This document shows, piece after piece, positions 1 through 11,789 of a stretch of DNA of 64,000 nt. Under the pieces are notes generated by a model. That model did not search any database and had not been told where the DNA came from. It saw only the letters and a list, made by a program, of their open reading frames with translations. Both the position numbers and the translations under genes were made by a program. This DNA comes from Azolla caroliniana (lineage: Eukaryota > Plantae > Polypodiophyta): NCBI GenBank assembly GCA_043228905.1, contig JBHGNT010000017.1, positions 4,278,001 to 4,342,000 of the forward strand. The letters are read 5' to 3'. Numbering within the stretch: position 1 is the first letter of the stretch; the number at the start of each line of letters is the position of its first letter.

Positions 1-2543
1 GGATAATCCAGATTAGGTGGCATGTGCAGAGCAACATATACCGCCCAATGGCATTCACCAACAGAAAGCAATTGGGACACAAAATTCATGTCCAATACAT
101 GCAGCTGTACAGGTGTGAATACCTCAATAGCTTCAAGTATACCATGCTGAAGCCATGCCATTCTATGATCCAAAGGATCATAAGTTGATGCAGAGGAGGA
201 AAACATCTTGCTAATTGATGATGTCATCTTGTCTCCGTCAAGGTTTTGCTCTTGATTTGCATGTAAAAGCATTAAATAGTATACTGTATCGTAAAGGCCT
301 GCTTTGTGTGCAATCGAGATCCCATGTGATGGGCCTTCCTCCACATACATGGGAAGGGGTTGTGGTGCAGAATTATCTTCAACAAGCAAGCTGTAGGTTC
401 TGATTGTTTCAGTTAGTTGGGTATCGGGACCAAGATTATACCACATAAGCAAACCCAGGAACCGTTTCCAGTCAATGGAACGTTCTTCCAATGCTCCTTG
501 AATGTCTCCGGAAAGAAGTTTATATAGCAGTACCATGTCCCCCTCTATGAGATCAAAATCAAATCCCTCGTCTTCCCAGATTTCCAACTGGGACGCAATG
601 TCACTTCTGGTAATTACCGAGCCTCCAGCTTGGCTTACCAAACACGCTAAGCGAACATCCCCTCGTGCTACTGCCAATTGGACACCTTCATCAAGCTGCC
701 TGCCAGTCAGAAGAGAAAAGAGTTCTTTCAACTGATCCTTTGCATCAATATCCATCAGCTCTTCCTCTATGAGGTGTCTAACACTGTCTTGGAGCCAACG
801 ACTAAATTCAGCTCTTCTAACCAAGGCAGCAACTTCTTGATCCACATCATCACTATCCTCACTTTCTTCCTCTTGTTCTTTTACAGAAACTTTCTCTGAA
901 AAAAGCACGTTCAATAAATTCCAAGTCATAACTTGATGCCTTAGGACAAGGCGTTGTGAAGGAGATACACCTTCAGAAGCATGCTGTTTGACAAGAAGTT
1001 CTTCATATTTGTTACATATATTGGGAAGTTCTGTACGATCACAATGAACATACCGCAACTTAATTTGCAATGGTTGCTCGTTCATACCATCAATAATTTT
1101 GCTCATTGACATATGAAATTTGAGAGGGGAAACAAATTGCAACTCAATCAAATCTTCCCTTGCCTTGCCTTCTTCATCCCTTACACATCCATCGAATGCA
1201 ACTTGCTCTACTGAGATAATTGAAGAAATGGTATTACCCTGTAGTCCGACTGGATTGCCTGAATGAGCCAACAAGCCATGGGGACCCCATCCTACTCGAA
1301 ATGAGCATCCGAGAAATAATGCCGCATCAACGATATTATCTGAACGTCCAAACATACAAGATGTTTGATCAATTTCGTTTTTAAACCCGGACCTTGATCT
1401 CTTTAACGCAGACTGCTCAGATTTACCCTCAAGTGACAGCAGCATTCTTGATGGTTTAATCGGAGATAAGTCATGTTCAAGTTCAGAATCTATACGCCTG
1501 CCTAAAGGACTCCATGATTGATTTGGTGTACGTTTCCAAGATGGTTGTGGACTAACCTTCATGATATGCTTTGAGAATGTCACTGCCTGTGGGGATTCTT
1601 CAATAGGGGAGAAGCGGTCTTTTTTCTGTCCAGGGCTGCCTTGCACTACAACACTCTGTTTTACAGTCTGAGATGTTGATCTCCGTGCTGATTGAAAAGG
1701 AGTCTTTCCTGGGAATGAAGCGCTGTCATTTTCCTCACCTGTGGAGAAAAAAAGCATCTTCATCTGTTGCATTTTCAAAGGATCAAGTCTTAGATGTTGA
1801 GGAAGGGAATGTGCCAATGCACTGTGAGGTGTATTGTAATGAACGTCCTGCATGGGTGAGCCTTCTTCCTCAATGTCCTCGGAGACAACGTCAGATCTCT
1901 CCAAATGCCACATGGGACTCTCAGAAATCTTCACTATATCAGTAGGGCTCAAATCCCGCAACATGACATCATCCTCCATACTAGAAAAAGCTTTGTGATC
2001 AGGTTGAACAGGCTCATCATCATCAGAATCATCAAGACCAAATCTACTAAAGTGGGGAACATAGAATTTCCATTCAAGTTTGGTGGCATCATACGATATG
2101 AAATCTGCACCTTGCTGTTTGCTCTTTCGTTTCAACTTTTCCACGAAGCTGTCCAACTCTGAGCCTTCCAAGAATGAAGTGTCCTCCTTTCTGTTATGAA
2201 TATTAGATAGTGTGACCACTGCTGGTTTATTAAGACCACTTCCAACAGGAGGTTTTGTTTCTTCTTTCTCATAAATAACTATTTCACGGTGTCCAAATAG
2301 AACAATATTATCAAGGTCCAGCCATCTTACATCTGTCTCGCCAAAGAATTTTACAGATCCATGTTCCTTGGATCCAACCACAAAATCAGTTACTCTGCTG
2401 CAATAACCAGGTTCGTCCAATTCATTAGAAGCCAACTGCTGTAATCTAGGATGAATGTAGTAATCTGATCGTTGAAGCTTTGGCAAAAGAGACTGAATTT
2501 CTGCTGGGCAACCAGCATTCATGGGATCCATTGCATTCACCAT
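1..2543 (-). CDS. NUP96: Nuclear pore protein Nup96 (MOS3/SAR3-like) precursor with N-terminal Nup98-type autopeptidase (S59) domain; 3' end lies outside the window
   Basis: Hand translation from ATG 2543 gives LPKLQRSDYYIHP...DFVVGSKEHGSVKFFGETDVRWLDLD...KPPVGSGLNKPAVVTL...WKFYVPHFSRFGL (HFS autocleavage motif at 2054-2046), DAALFLGCSFRVGWGPHG (~1330-1275) and HWAVYVALHMP (~50-18). All spot-checked motifs are in one frame. The ORF track omits it because no stop falls in the window. Confidence 0.93.
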   Translation of the reverse strand, partial: MVNAMDPMNAGCPAEIQSLLPKLQRSDYYIHPRLQQLASNELDEPGYCSRVTDFVVGSKEHGSVKFFGETDVRWLDLDNIVLFGHREIVIYEKEETKPPVGSGLNKPAVVTLSNIHNRKEDTSFLEGSELDSFVEKLKRKSKQQGADFISYDATKLEWKFYVPHFSRFGLDDSDDDEPVQPDHKAFSSMEDDVMLRDLSPTDIVKISESPMWHLERSDVVSEDIEEEGSPMQDVHYNTPHSALAHSLPQHLRLDPLKMQQMKMLFFSTGEENDSASFPGKTPFQSARRSTSQTVKQSVVVQGSPGQKKDRFSPIEESPQAVTFSKHIMKVSPQPSWKRTPNQSWSPLGRRIDSELEHDLSPIKPSRMLLSLEGKSEQSALKRSRSGFKNEIDQTSCMFGRSDNIVDAALFLGCSFRVGWGPHGLLAHSGNPVGLQGNTISSIISVEQVAFDGCVRDEEGKAREDLIELQFVSPLKFHMSMSKIIDGMNEQPLQIKLRYVHCDRTELPNICNKYEELLVKQHASEGVSPSQRLVLRHQVMTWNLLNVLFSEKVSVKEQEEESEDSDDVDQEVAALVRRAEFSRWLQDSVRHLIEEELMDIDAKDQLKELFSLLTGRQLDEGVQLAVARGDVRLACLVSQAGGSVITRSDIASQLEIWEDEGFDFDLIEGDMVLLYKLLSGDIQGALEERSIDWKRFLGLLMWYNLGPDTQLTETIRTYSLLVEDNSAPQPLPMYVEEGPSHGISIAHKAGLYDTVYYLMLLHANQEQNLDGDKMTSSISKMFSSSASTYDPLDHRMAWLQHGILEAIEVFTPVQLHVLDMNFVSQLLSVGECHWAVYVALHMPPNLDY

Positions 2544-3518
2544 CTTTTTCAATAATGAACAGCTTTCTATGAGTGTATTACCATAATGTACTGGAACTGA
2601 TGTAAAATTTTATTTAATCTGACAATATGTGCTCCAGAAGCATCTGATACTTCAACAATGTTTGAAACATACGGGAAAACAAGGCAAAGAAGCTGGAGAC
2701 ACAACCCTAAAATCAAGACAAAAACAAACATTGATGCTTCTTAGTGATTCCTTCTTTTCTTCCCCCCAATGAAGATCTTGATGTTCAGGAAAAAAACCTT
2801 AGCAGATATGAAAAAACCAAGAAAACAAACTGCTCTTCTCAGACCCTTCTTATTTTTTCATTCCTGAAAAATACACTTGAAATGCAGGCAGGAAATGAGG
2901 AAAATAGGCCAAAACTTTACCCTAAAAGGAAAGAAACAAATTGTTTCCCTTTTCAGACCTTTCTTACTTTATCATTCCTGAGAAACACCTTGAAATGCAG
3001 GAAAAAAACGAGTGCAAGTTGAAATTTCACTTTGAAATCAAGGAAACAGACATACCTAGTCGCAAACCAGAAGACAAACAAACGTTTTTCTCCTTGGTTT
3101 TCTCTTCGTTCTTCCTCCTCAAACAAAGTTCTCCAAATGCAGGAAAAACAGAAAAGAAAGCAGATACAGTAGGCAGAAGAAGATGTTTGAAAACAAGGGA
3201 CAGTGGGCATAATCGGGAGAAAACAAACTAAGAGGATTGATATCTTTCTTCTTCACAATCCTCTTTTCCCTCCAAACAAGGAGCTCGAAGTGGAAGAGGA
3301 AAAACAGGAAATGATGGATATAATCACGAACAAAAATTTACAGGAAAAATCAATGGAACCCTAAGAAAAGGAAGAAGTCGCCAGACAAAAAAAAAAAAAC
3401 CGTTTCTTTCCCTTCCTTCTCGGAAAAAAAAAACTTGAAATTGTGGAGAAGAAAGAAACGCTGACTCAAAAGAAGAGGAATGGAAACCCTAAAACACAGG
3501 ATTGCAAAACCAAAACAC

Positions 3519-3520
<2 letters not shown>

Positions 3521-3556
<36 letters not shown>
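3521..3556. repeat. (GA)n microsatellite in NUP96 5' region
   Basis: About 18 perfect GA units. Confidence 0.95.
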
Positions 3557-3563
<7 letters not shown>

Positions 3564-3756
3564 AATGGCAGGACAGGAGCTAACCGTTCCTTCTTTGTTT
3601 CCGTGTTGCTTCGTTCTTCTCCGTCACAGTAATTCCATTCTTCTGCTGCTTCCTGCGGCCTCCACAGGTTTCGCTGTGCAGACAGAGACAGAGACAGAGA
3701 CAGAGAGAGGAGGGGGGGGAGCTCGAGTCAGAACCGCGAAGTGAAGAAGAGAAGGG

Positions 3757-3766
3757 TTTATAAATA
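3757..3766 (-). promoter_or_regulatory. Candidate TATA box of NUP96, upstream of a probable 5'-UTR exon and a ~1 kb 5'-UTR intron (~3584-2591)
   Basis: TATTTATAAA on the minus strand followed by a pyrimidine-rich tract. Candidate donor CG/GTTAGC at ~3584 and acceptor TTCCAG at ~2591. Confidence 0.45.
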
Positions 3767-3893
3767 GCATAGTTTTTAAGCAAGCAGGAAAATTACTCTC
3801 AATTTGTATACATCTATTTGAGCTCCGGTTTTTGTATTTCCCAAAATACCCCTCAGCTTTTTATTCAAGAGGGAAGAATGTATCGACCACGCA

Positions 3894-3925
<32 letters not shown>

Positions 3926-5152
3926 CATACCATACCATACCATACATGCTCGTGAGTCGTGACTATTTGCTACCAACTCATAAAGAGGCATGGCGAGGGA
4001 ATCGCAGCTATGGACGGTGCGGGGAGCGTTATGGAAGGGTGCGTGCGATCTGCACCGTCAAATCTTTATCCAAAACAGAGTGCCCCTTGCTAGTATCTGA
4101 GCTTTGTCAGTGGCTCTCTGCAGGGCAACTATGCCCAATAACCCGGCTTTGCAGGGCAACTGTCCTCAATCACTTTGCTCTGGCTCAGCCCTTGTGACTA
4201 TAACCGAAAACCCGGTGTCGTGATGTGGCGTGCTCGAGAGTGGGAAAAACCGGCGAAGGGGGGGTTTAGGGTCAAAAATGTGCATGTGCAATGTGTGTGC
4301 ACACAAAAGCGATTAGTTGTGCATATGCAAAATAAAAGGGAAAAGAAAGGGTGGAAAGGATGCATAGAAGCCCGTGCCAAATATAAGAGAGAAGAGAGAT
4401 CAAATGTAGAGGAGAGACAAGCTATAAATTTATAGAGATAGAATTATATATTACATAAGAGAGAGTTAGTGGGCTAGTGGATAGTCACATTAACTACTAG
4501 CTAGAGGTGCACGGTTTAAATCTAGTCTTATAGTGTAGCGTGATTTAAGGAATTTTATTCCTTTTTCATTGAAGACAAAATTGGCGACCCCCCTTCTTTT
4601 TTTCTTATAAAAGGAGGTCGAGGGGGGCTCATTCGGGAGGACGTTTTCGGGAGGAGGAGACTATCGCTAATTTTCCTTCGGAGCTCTTCATCTTCTTATT
4701 CACCACTTCTCTTCATCTCATACCCCTTCATCCCCCCACCGCCACGTGCTCGTCTTCTTCGCGTCGGCACTTGAAGTGCTCATGAGCCCAAGCTTCATTG
4801 GTTCGACGTTGCTCCGCCCCGTTCGTCGTTGTGAGCCCATGTGCTCATCGTTCGGGTGGTCGTGGTTCGTTGGGATTGACATTTTGGTGGTGCTCGTGTA
4901 TTCATCTTTGCCGTGTTCAGATTTGCTCTTGTCTCTAAGGGCATTTAGTATTTATGTTTTGATTGAGCTTGTGGTTAACTATAAGTTGTTATTGTAATCA
5001 AACCCTATTTTATAAAGGGTCCTTTTGCGTTTGAATCGAACACGTATTTATCTCTTTGGTTGATATCATTCATGTTTCTTTTTCTCCTTCTTTCTTTGTT
5101 CGTGTCTTCCTTGTATGTTCGGTCGTCTTGTGATGAGGGAGTGTTTCGGGCT

Positions 5153-5626
5153 TGTTAAGAGTCTATTACTAATCAATAGACCAAATCAAGTAATAAGGAA
5201 GAAAATAGATTGGATAGAAGAACCCGTTCCACCCGACCACCCCCGAGCTATGATCTAGACATAGCCAACCTACCACCGACGTCCCATACCGCCGGATATT
5301 AGGATGACTAATACCTTGGAAGAGATAAACACGATCGTCGAGACGAAAGCCTAGCCCGCACCACCGGTGTCTACGACAGCAGCCTTCCGACGTGATGATC
5401 CCTATGAGGGTAGCTAAGCCTCATATTTATACCTTTTCCTAGGCCCCTTGAATAGATGTGCCTTTCTAAAAGGCTCTCTATTCATTGGTTGTCTAAATCA
5501 TGATAGTGCATGCACATATCATTCATTCTATCCGATCATTAGTCCCCTTTTTAATAATAGTGAACATACCCTTCACTAATGTAAATATTAGTGACCTACC
5601 CTCACCAACGTTCTGTGTACATAACA
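5153..5626 (-). repeat. 3' LTR of gypsy element
   Basis: Near-identical to 11790-12263; I noticed three substitutions. Confidence 0.97.
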
Positions 5627-5633
5627 TACTCCC

Positions 5634-7031
5634 CTACTTCAAAAGATTGCACTCTTGCAATATAAAGTGAGGAAATTGTGCCTTAAGCGAATGCTCGCGT
5701 TCCCATGTGGCATCATCAATAGGTTTATCCATCCATTTGATCTTGAATAGCCGAATCTCTTTAGAACGTAAACGTTTAGTACGAGAATCAAGAATTCGTT
5801 CAGGAACATGAGGTTTGTAAGAAAAATCCTCTAATGTTACAAGATCTTGGATTGTGATGGTGTTATCACCAGAGCCTAAAAATGGTTTTAGACGACTGAC
5901 GTGAAAAACAGGATGAATACCAACGTTACGAGGTAAGGCAAGGTGATAAGCAGATGACCCAACTCGCTTAAGGATTTCAAATGGGCCACAATATCGTGGG
6001 GCTAACTTAGCGCACTTGCCCGTAGATAATGACGTAGAATCAGTCGGGACACGCAAAAAAACTTTTTGACCAATAGTAAATGCACGAGGACGTCTATCTT
6101 GATCAGCATAAAATCGAGCACGATCTTGAGCTGTCTTGACATTTTCTTTGGCAATATGCAACATTTGGTTCATGTCTTGCAAAAAATTGCGTGTACTGTC
6201 TAATGTATCACGATGAATCGTGACATCAACTGGGGCACGTGGCTGAAAACCATACATCAACATAAAAGGACTATATCCAATGGATGTATGTTTAGAGCTA
6301 TTATAGGCAAATTCTAAGATAGGAAGGTATTGCTCCCACTTAGAAGGGGTTTTTGCTACATAAGCTCGAAGCATGTCCTCAATAATTTGATTAACTCGTT
6401 CAGTTTGTCCATCAGACTGAGGATGATCTGCGGAACTCATGCTCAACGTAGTTTCTAGTTTCTTAAAGACCTGAGTCCAAAAGTCACTAGTAAACTTGGA
6501 ATCTCGATCACTAACAATATCCATCGGTAATCCATAAAAACGAAATAACTCATCAACAAATTGATAAGCCAACTGTTGAGCGGTTACCGTGGTTTTTGTA
6601 GGAATAAATCTAGCTAATTTTGTTAGCCTGTCAACGACAACCCATATGGCATCATGACCCCTCTGTGTACGAGGTAAACTAACAATAAAATCCATCGAGA
6701 TACTTTCCCATTTATTGTTGGGAATATCTAAGGGATGTAAAAGACCAGCAGCTTTAAGTCGTTCCGACTTATTAATCTGACATTGTAAGCATTGAGTTAC
6801 GTATTTATGCACGTCAGAGCGCATCTTAGGCCAGAAAAAAGTACACGAGATGAGAACGAGTGTGCGTTGTATTCCAGGATGACCAGCAGATGGTGCATCA
6901 TGACATTCATGAAAAAATTTCTGTTTAACATTTGGTAAATCTGGAACACAGACCTTTCCACTACGGTAGAGCAAACCGTTTGTAATGTGAAAGGTCGCCT
7001 TCAAGGGTAGGGTGCTAGTATCGGCATCTAA
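5634..7031 (-). CDS. Retrotransposon integrase with C-terminal chromodomain (frameshifted continuation of pol)
   Basis: HHCC zinc finger (HDAPSAGH...CLQC), SMDF / VSDRD / GQTER DDE core, PRYCGPF motif, and PERILDSR...IKW...DATWE chromodomain. Confidence 0.95.
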   Translation of the reverse strand, partial: LDADTSTLPLKATFHITNGLLYRSGKVCVPDLPNVKQKFFHECHDAPSAGHPGIQRTLVLISCTFFWPKMRSDVHKYVTQCLQCQINKSERLKAAGLLHPLDIPNNKWESISMDFIVSLPRTQRGHDAIWVVVDRLTKLARFIPTKTTVTAQQLAYQFVDELFRFYGLPMDIVSDRDSKFTSDFWTQVFKKLETTLSMSSADHPQSDGQTERVNQIIEDMLRAYVAKTPSKWEQYLPILEFAYNSSKHTSIGYSPFMLMYGFQPRAPVDVTIHRDTLDSTRNFLQDMNQMLHIAKENVKTAQDRARFYADQDRRPRAFTIGQKVFLRVPTDSTSLSTGKCAKLAPRYCGPFEILKRVGSSAYHLALPRNVGIHPVFHVSRLKPFLGSGDNTITIQDLVTLEDFSYKPHVPERILDSRTKRLRSKEIRLFKIKWMDKPIDDATWEREHSLKAQFPHFILQECNLLK

Positions 7032-10000
7032 CCAGATTCGGCTTTCGTCCAGTATTTTGAGAAATAACTGTCATCAAGGTATTTCCCTCGAAGGTGATCT
7101 AAAAGATCAGATTTTATTTCCGTGAAGCTAAGCATGTTAACTTCTTTAATGCGACTAAGAGCATCAGCAACGGTGTTCATAGAACCCTTGCGATATCGTA
7201 TGGAAAAATCAAAATCTTGCATAAGGTCAGCCCAACGGCCTTTACGACCAACAAGATCGGGCTGGTCACAAAAATACTTTAATGATTGATGGTCTGTTGT
7301 AACCACAAATTTATTTCCATAGAGATAGTGCCTCCATGTTTTAAGTGCGTGTATCACCACAAACAACTCTTTGTCTTGAACCGAATACCGAGATTGAGCA
7401 GCATCAAGCTTCTTACTTTCAAAAGCAATCGGGTGACCACCTTGATAAAGAACGGCACCAATAGCATAATCACTAGCATCGGTTTCAATTGAGAAAGGCT
7501 TAGAAGGGTCTGGTAATAGAAGAGTGGGAGCCTGACACACATGCTCCTTGAGTGTCTCAAATGATTTGTCAAGTTGTTCATTCCATGAAATTGGTTTGAC
7601 AGACTTACGTGGATGACCTTTTAAAAGGTCAGTTAATGGCGTGGTCAATTTGGAATAGTTACGAATTGATTTTCGTAAAAATCCAACAAACCCTAAGAAT
7701 GATCTAAGTTCACGAATATTACGAGGAATGGGCCAAAGTTTAACCTTTTCAATACGAGAAGGTTCAATTTCAACGCCATTTTCTGTAATTAAATGAGCTA
7801 GGTACACAATAGATTTTTGGAAGAAGTCACATTTTGAATGTTTTGCATAGAAAGAGTTGTCACGCAACTTTCGCAAAACAGATCGAACATGTTGAACATG
7901 ATCTTGCAAGGTACGGCTATATATCAAAATATCATCCAAGAAGACGACAACAAAATCACCGAGTTGATCTCGGAAAACATCATTCATCGCTTGTTGGAAT
8001 GTGGCTGGAGCATTAGTCAACCCAAACGGCATGACTAAAAACTCATAATGGCCATAGCGCGTACGAAAAGCGGTTTTAGGAATATCATCCTCGGCGATGC
8101 GAATCTGATGATAACCAGTTCGTAAGTCAATTTTCGTAAAATATCGAGCCCCGTGCAAACGATCAATCAAATCATCGGCACGAGGTAATGGATATGCATT
8201 CTTAATTGTCATTTTATTCAAACGGCGATAATTGATACACATTCGCCACGAACCTTCCTTCTTCTTGACTAATAGAACTGGCGCACCCCAAGGTGATTTA
8301 CTATACCTAATGTGGCCCATACTCAAGTATTCCTTAAGTTGTTTAGCGATCTCATCCTCTTCTAATCGACTAAGTCGGTAAGGTGGAATGCTCACAGGAG
8401 CAGCCCCAGGGATGAGTTCAATTTGATGGTCCACATTACGTTTAGGTGGTAAAGTACGCGGTAATTCAGTAGGAAACACATCTTGAAAATCCTCTAAAAT
8501 AGAGTCGAGTAATCGTTGCTCAAAATGTGGTAATTGTGTGGCGTCAATATTAAAATAATAAAATTGAACCGCAGGATCAATTACACACGAATAAATTAAT
8601 GAACTAGAATACTCACTTAAAGATTTAGAAGACACAAGTGAATGAGAAGGAAGTTTGGAACATTGAATAAAATGTTTACAATTATTAAGTTCAAATGTGA
8701 TTGAGTGATTAACCCAATCAATGGACAAAGAAGGGTTTTTATTAAAAAACCAAGGATATCCTAAAATGACATCTGCGGATTGTAATTTCATAACATGAAA
8801 GTCAAGCTTCTCCAAATAAGTATCTATTTGAATTGGCAGTTGACAAACAATGCCACTGATGTATTGAACGTTTCCATTTGCCATGTGAACTTGATAGATA
8901 TGATCACTTGCGTTTATGTGGAGCTCCATTTGCTGCACAAAGTGATCATTAAGAAAATTGTGAGAACTACCAGAATCAAACAAGAAATGTGCTTGTGTTC
9001 CATTGATATATCCGAATGCTCGGAGTAAATCATTAGGTCCAAGTAAATGTGAAGGAAAAGTGCATTCACATAAACTTAAGTGATTGGTATGAACTTCAAC
9101 AATATCAAAAGACTCACCTGTGTGACTCGTAGATTTGTCTTGAGGAGGGGTGTTCATTGACTTCCTCTCAAGACGACGACAGGTATCCTTTGTGTGGCCC
9201 CGCTTCTTGCAATATGCACAGAAGAGGTTCGGTTTCTTTGAGTCGCGGTCAAGAGTGTCACTGGATTGCTTACGTTTCCCAATGAACTTGACATTCGGAG
9301 TTTTGGCGAACTCAGGTTTATTGTGGTCTTTCTTGGAAGTCCTATGGTATCGCAGCACAATGTTGACGGCTTCCTCGAAATTTGTGGGGTCCTTGTCATG
9401 GACAATCCAATGATAATCCCCATTGGGAATACCATTCAAAAAACAAGCGACAAACCATTTCTCACCCGTAAGTCCCGATTTTTGGATCTGGGTCCGAGCG
9501 TGATGCACATAATCCTCGAGAGAGGTAAATGGCTTACTAGACAATGTGAGCAAGTGTTGTGCTTGTTCGGTTTGAGAAGGTGGCTGCAAGAATTGTTTCT
9601 TAAAAACATCAACGAAACCTTCCCAAGTTGTGGGTAAGTTTTTTGCGGTCCTTAGGCCACGCCACCAAGCAGCAGCTCGGCCACCTAACTCACGACCGAC
9701 ATAACCAATTTTTACTGCATCGGGCTTGGGATGAAGCTCAAAGTGAGACTCCCAACGACCAAGCCAAGTGCTAATAGCCTCCTCGGTTCTTTCTTTCTTA
9801 TCTCCCTTGAAAGGCGTGACTACAAAGGAAGGTTCACCTTCTTTCTTGGACTCAATAGTTAATTCTTGGAATTTCTTTTCCAATGCCATATTGGCCTGTC
9901 TCATTTCGGCCAATTGATTCAAGGTAGTAGTGAGCAATTGCTCAATAGTGATCTCAGCTTGTGTGCGAGATGCGGATTGGGGTTGAGAGGTCTCATTTGG

Positions 10001-10036
10001 AGAGATCGTTCCAACTGCGTTCAAAACTTGTTCCAT
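7028..10036 (-). CDS. Retrotransposon Gag-protease-RT-RNase H polyprotein
   Basis: CAYCKKRGHTKDTC zinc knuckle, LFDSGSS protease, VFLDDILIYS RT and ETDASDYAIGAVL RNase H motifs. Confidence 0.97.
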   Translation of the reverse strand: MEQVLNAVGTISPNETSQPQSASRTQAEITIEQLLTTTLNQLAEMRQANMALEKKFQELTIESKKEGEPSFVVTPFKGDKKERTEEAISTWLGRWESHFELHPKPDAVKIGYVGRELGGRAAAWWRGLRTAKNLPTTWEGFVDVFKKQFLQPPSQTEQAQHLLTLSSKPFTSLEDYVHHARTQIQKSGLTGEKWFVACFLNGIPNGDYHWIVHDKDPTNFEEAVNIVLRYHRTSKKDHNKPEFAKTPNVKFIGKRKQSSDTLDRDSKKPNLFCAYCKKRGHTKDTCRRLERKSMNTPPQDKSTSHTGESFDIVEVHTNHLSLCECTFPSHLLGPNDLLRAFGYINGTQAHFLFDSGSSHNFLNDHFVQQMELHINASDHIYQVHMANGNVQYISGIVCQLPIQIDTYLEKLDFHVMKLQSADVILGYPWFFNKNPSLSIDWVNHSITFELNNCKHFIQCSKLPSHSLVSSKSLSEYSSSLIYSCVIDPAVQFYYFNIDATQLPHFEQRLLDSILEDFQDVFPTELPRTLPPKRNVDHQIELIPGAAPVSIPPYRLSRLEEDEIAKQLKEYLSMGHIRYSKSPWGAPVLLVKKKEGSWRMCINYRRLNKMTIKNAYPLPRADDLIDRLHGARYFTKIDLRTGYHQIRIAEDDIPKTAFRTRYGHYEFLVMPFGLTNAPATFQQAMNDVFRDQLGDFVVVFLDDILIYSRTLQDHVQHVRSVLRKLRDNSFYAKHSKCDFFQKSIVYLAHLITENGVEIEPSRIEKVKLWPIPRNIRELRSFLGFVGFLRKSIRNYSKLTTPLTDLLKGHPRKSVKPISWNEQLDKSFETLKEHVCQAPTLLLPDPSKPFSIETDASDYAIGAVLYQGGHPIAFESKKLDAAQSRYSVQDKELFVVIHALKTWRHYLYGNKFVVTTDHQSLKYFCDQPDLVGRKGRWADLMQDFDFSIRYRKGSMNTVADALSRIKEVNMLSFTEIKSDLLDHLRGKYLDDSYFSKYWTKAESG

Positions 10037-11027
10037 GATGCACGCTGTGGGTATGCAATAAAATAAGGAGGTTCAGAAAATACACAAGCAAAATGAATGC
10101 TTGAAATTTTGATTGAAAGAACTTTATCCAAGAAAGTATCTCATGTCTTTACCCCTCTAGACATATGAGATGTGATTTGAGATCCGATAACTATGGTAAC
10201 ACTATGGTGTTTTAAAAACCATGGGGGAAAACATAGCTAAGATGTATTTCTCGGATCTCTATCTTGAGTAATCATGGCGGCTCCCCGAGGCTCAACCATG
10301 GTTCTTACATCAATGAAATTTCCTAGATAGCCTTATATTAATGCCAACCCATCATGTATTATATGGTCGAGAAAGTGTATTACATGAAAAAACAAGTGCA
10401 CTCACAAGTAATATTCTAGTCTTGCGAGCAATAAGCAAACGTGATGATAAAATGATAAAATAAGGCACTACTCATAAGAGTTAAGTAGTGACGAAAACAA
10501 GGGTAAAAAAAAAGAACCCATGTGTTACCTACGAAAAAACAAAGTCACAAATAAATGGGAAGTGCAAGGTATGCACATATACATCCCAATATGATTGTTA
10601 TAACTTGCACAATTGTGACATAAGCCACAAATTGATACAAGTGATGACGGTGTTGTGCGCAAAGATGTAATACTCAAATCCATGAGTAAAACATCAATAA
10701 GGGAACTCATATGGTTTTACTCGTTTTCTAAGGCTTGATGATAAGAGTTAAACCTAGATGACCCGTTGAAAAAAAAATCGTTCAACAAGCCACTCCATAC
10801 GAAAAAATAGTCTACACGTAAAGGTTACATTAAAAATAAACGATGTAAATACTTTATACATGAAAAGGAAGTGGAAAAAGGAGAGTTAATTGTGGGCGGG
10901 TAAATAATAATTACTAGAAAATCATATAAGTGAAACAATACTTATGAAATTAAAATTTAATTAGAATAATCAACAATTAGGTGTATGGAATCAAACATGC
11001 CCTAAGATACGAAACCCTAGGGTAGTT

Positions 11028-11350
11028 GACATGCACCTCCTCAAGACCACCACATATCCCTAGAATCGGCCAAGTAATGGCTAATTAAAGAGGAAAGTGG
11101 CATAGGTAAGTGACATATACCTCGTCAAGGCCACATCATCCCTTAGAATCGGCCAATTGATGGCTAATTAAAAAGGAAAGTGGCATATGTAAGCTACATA
11201 TACCTTGTCAAGGCCACAACATCCCATAGAATCGGCCAATTGATGGCTTAATAGAGAGTAGAGTGGCATAGGTAGGCAACATACACCTCGTCAAGGCCAC
11301 ATCATCCCTTAGAATCGGCCAAGTGATGGCTCAATAGAGGGGAAGAGTGG
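11028..11350. repeat. ~83-bp tandem repeat (4 copies) in the gypsy 5' leader
   Basis: Recurrent CCTCGTCAAGGCCAC...TAGAATCGGCCAA...GTGGCATAGGTA; units start at ~11028, 11112, 11195 and 11278. Confidence 0.9.
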
Positions 11351-11776
11351 TATACTCAACATCATATGCAAAACGGCCATGAGATAAGCGTGTGCGATTA
11401 GAGCAAACACGCTCGACCCAATGCACAAGAATAATTATTATCGTAAGAGTTCAAGAGAGGAGAGAGTGGGATATATATCGCAATATGCAAAAGGCCATGA
11501 GTTGAGCGTGTGCGATTAGTGCAAACACGCTCGGCCCGATGCATAATAATAAGTAAAATCGTAGCGTAGTAGGAGGTAGAAAGAAAGAGAATAAAACGTA
11601 ATACCAATTTGATTCGACCATAAAGAACGCATAATAGAAAAAGAGAAGAGATCAAAAAAGAAGAATACCGGGTTTAGAGTGTTGTTTTGATCCTGAGAAG
11701 AGCATGACGAGCCTTGTTAGATCCCCCTCGCTCACACGCAAAAAACATCAAAACAACAAAAAAATTGTTAGTAAAA

Positions 11777-11788
11777 GCTCTGATACCA
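11777..11788 (-). promoter_or_regulatory. Primer-binding site complementary to initiator tRNA-Met
   Basis: TGGTATCAGAGC on the minus strand, directly inside the 5' LTR. Confidence 0.95.
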
Positions 11789-11789
11789 C

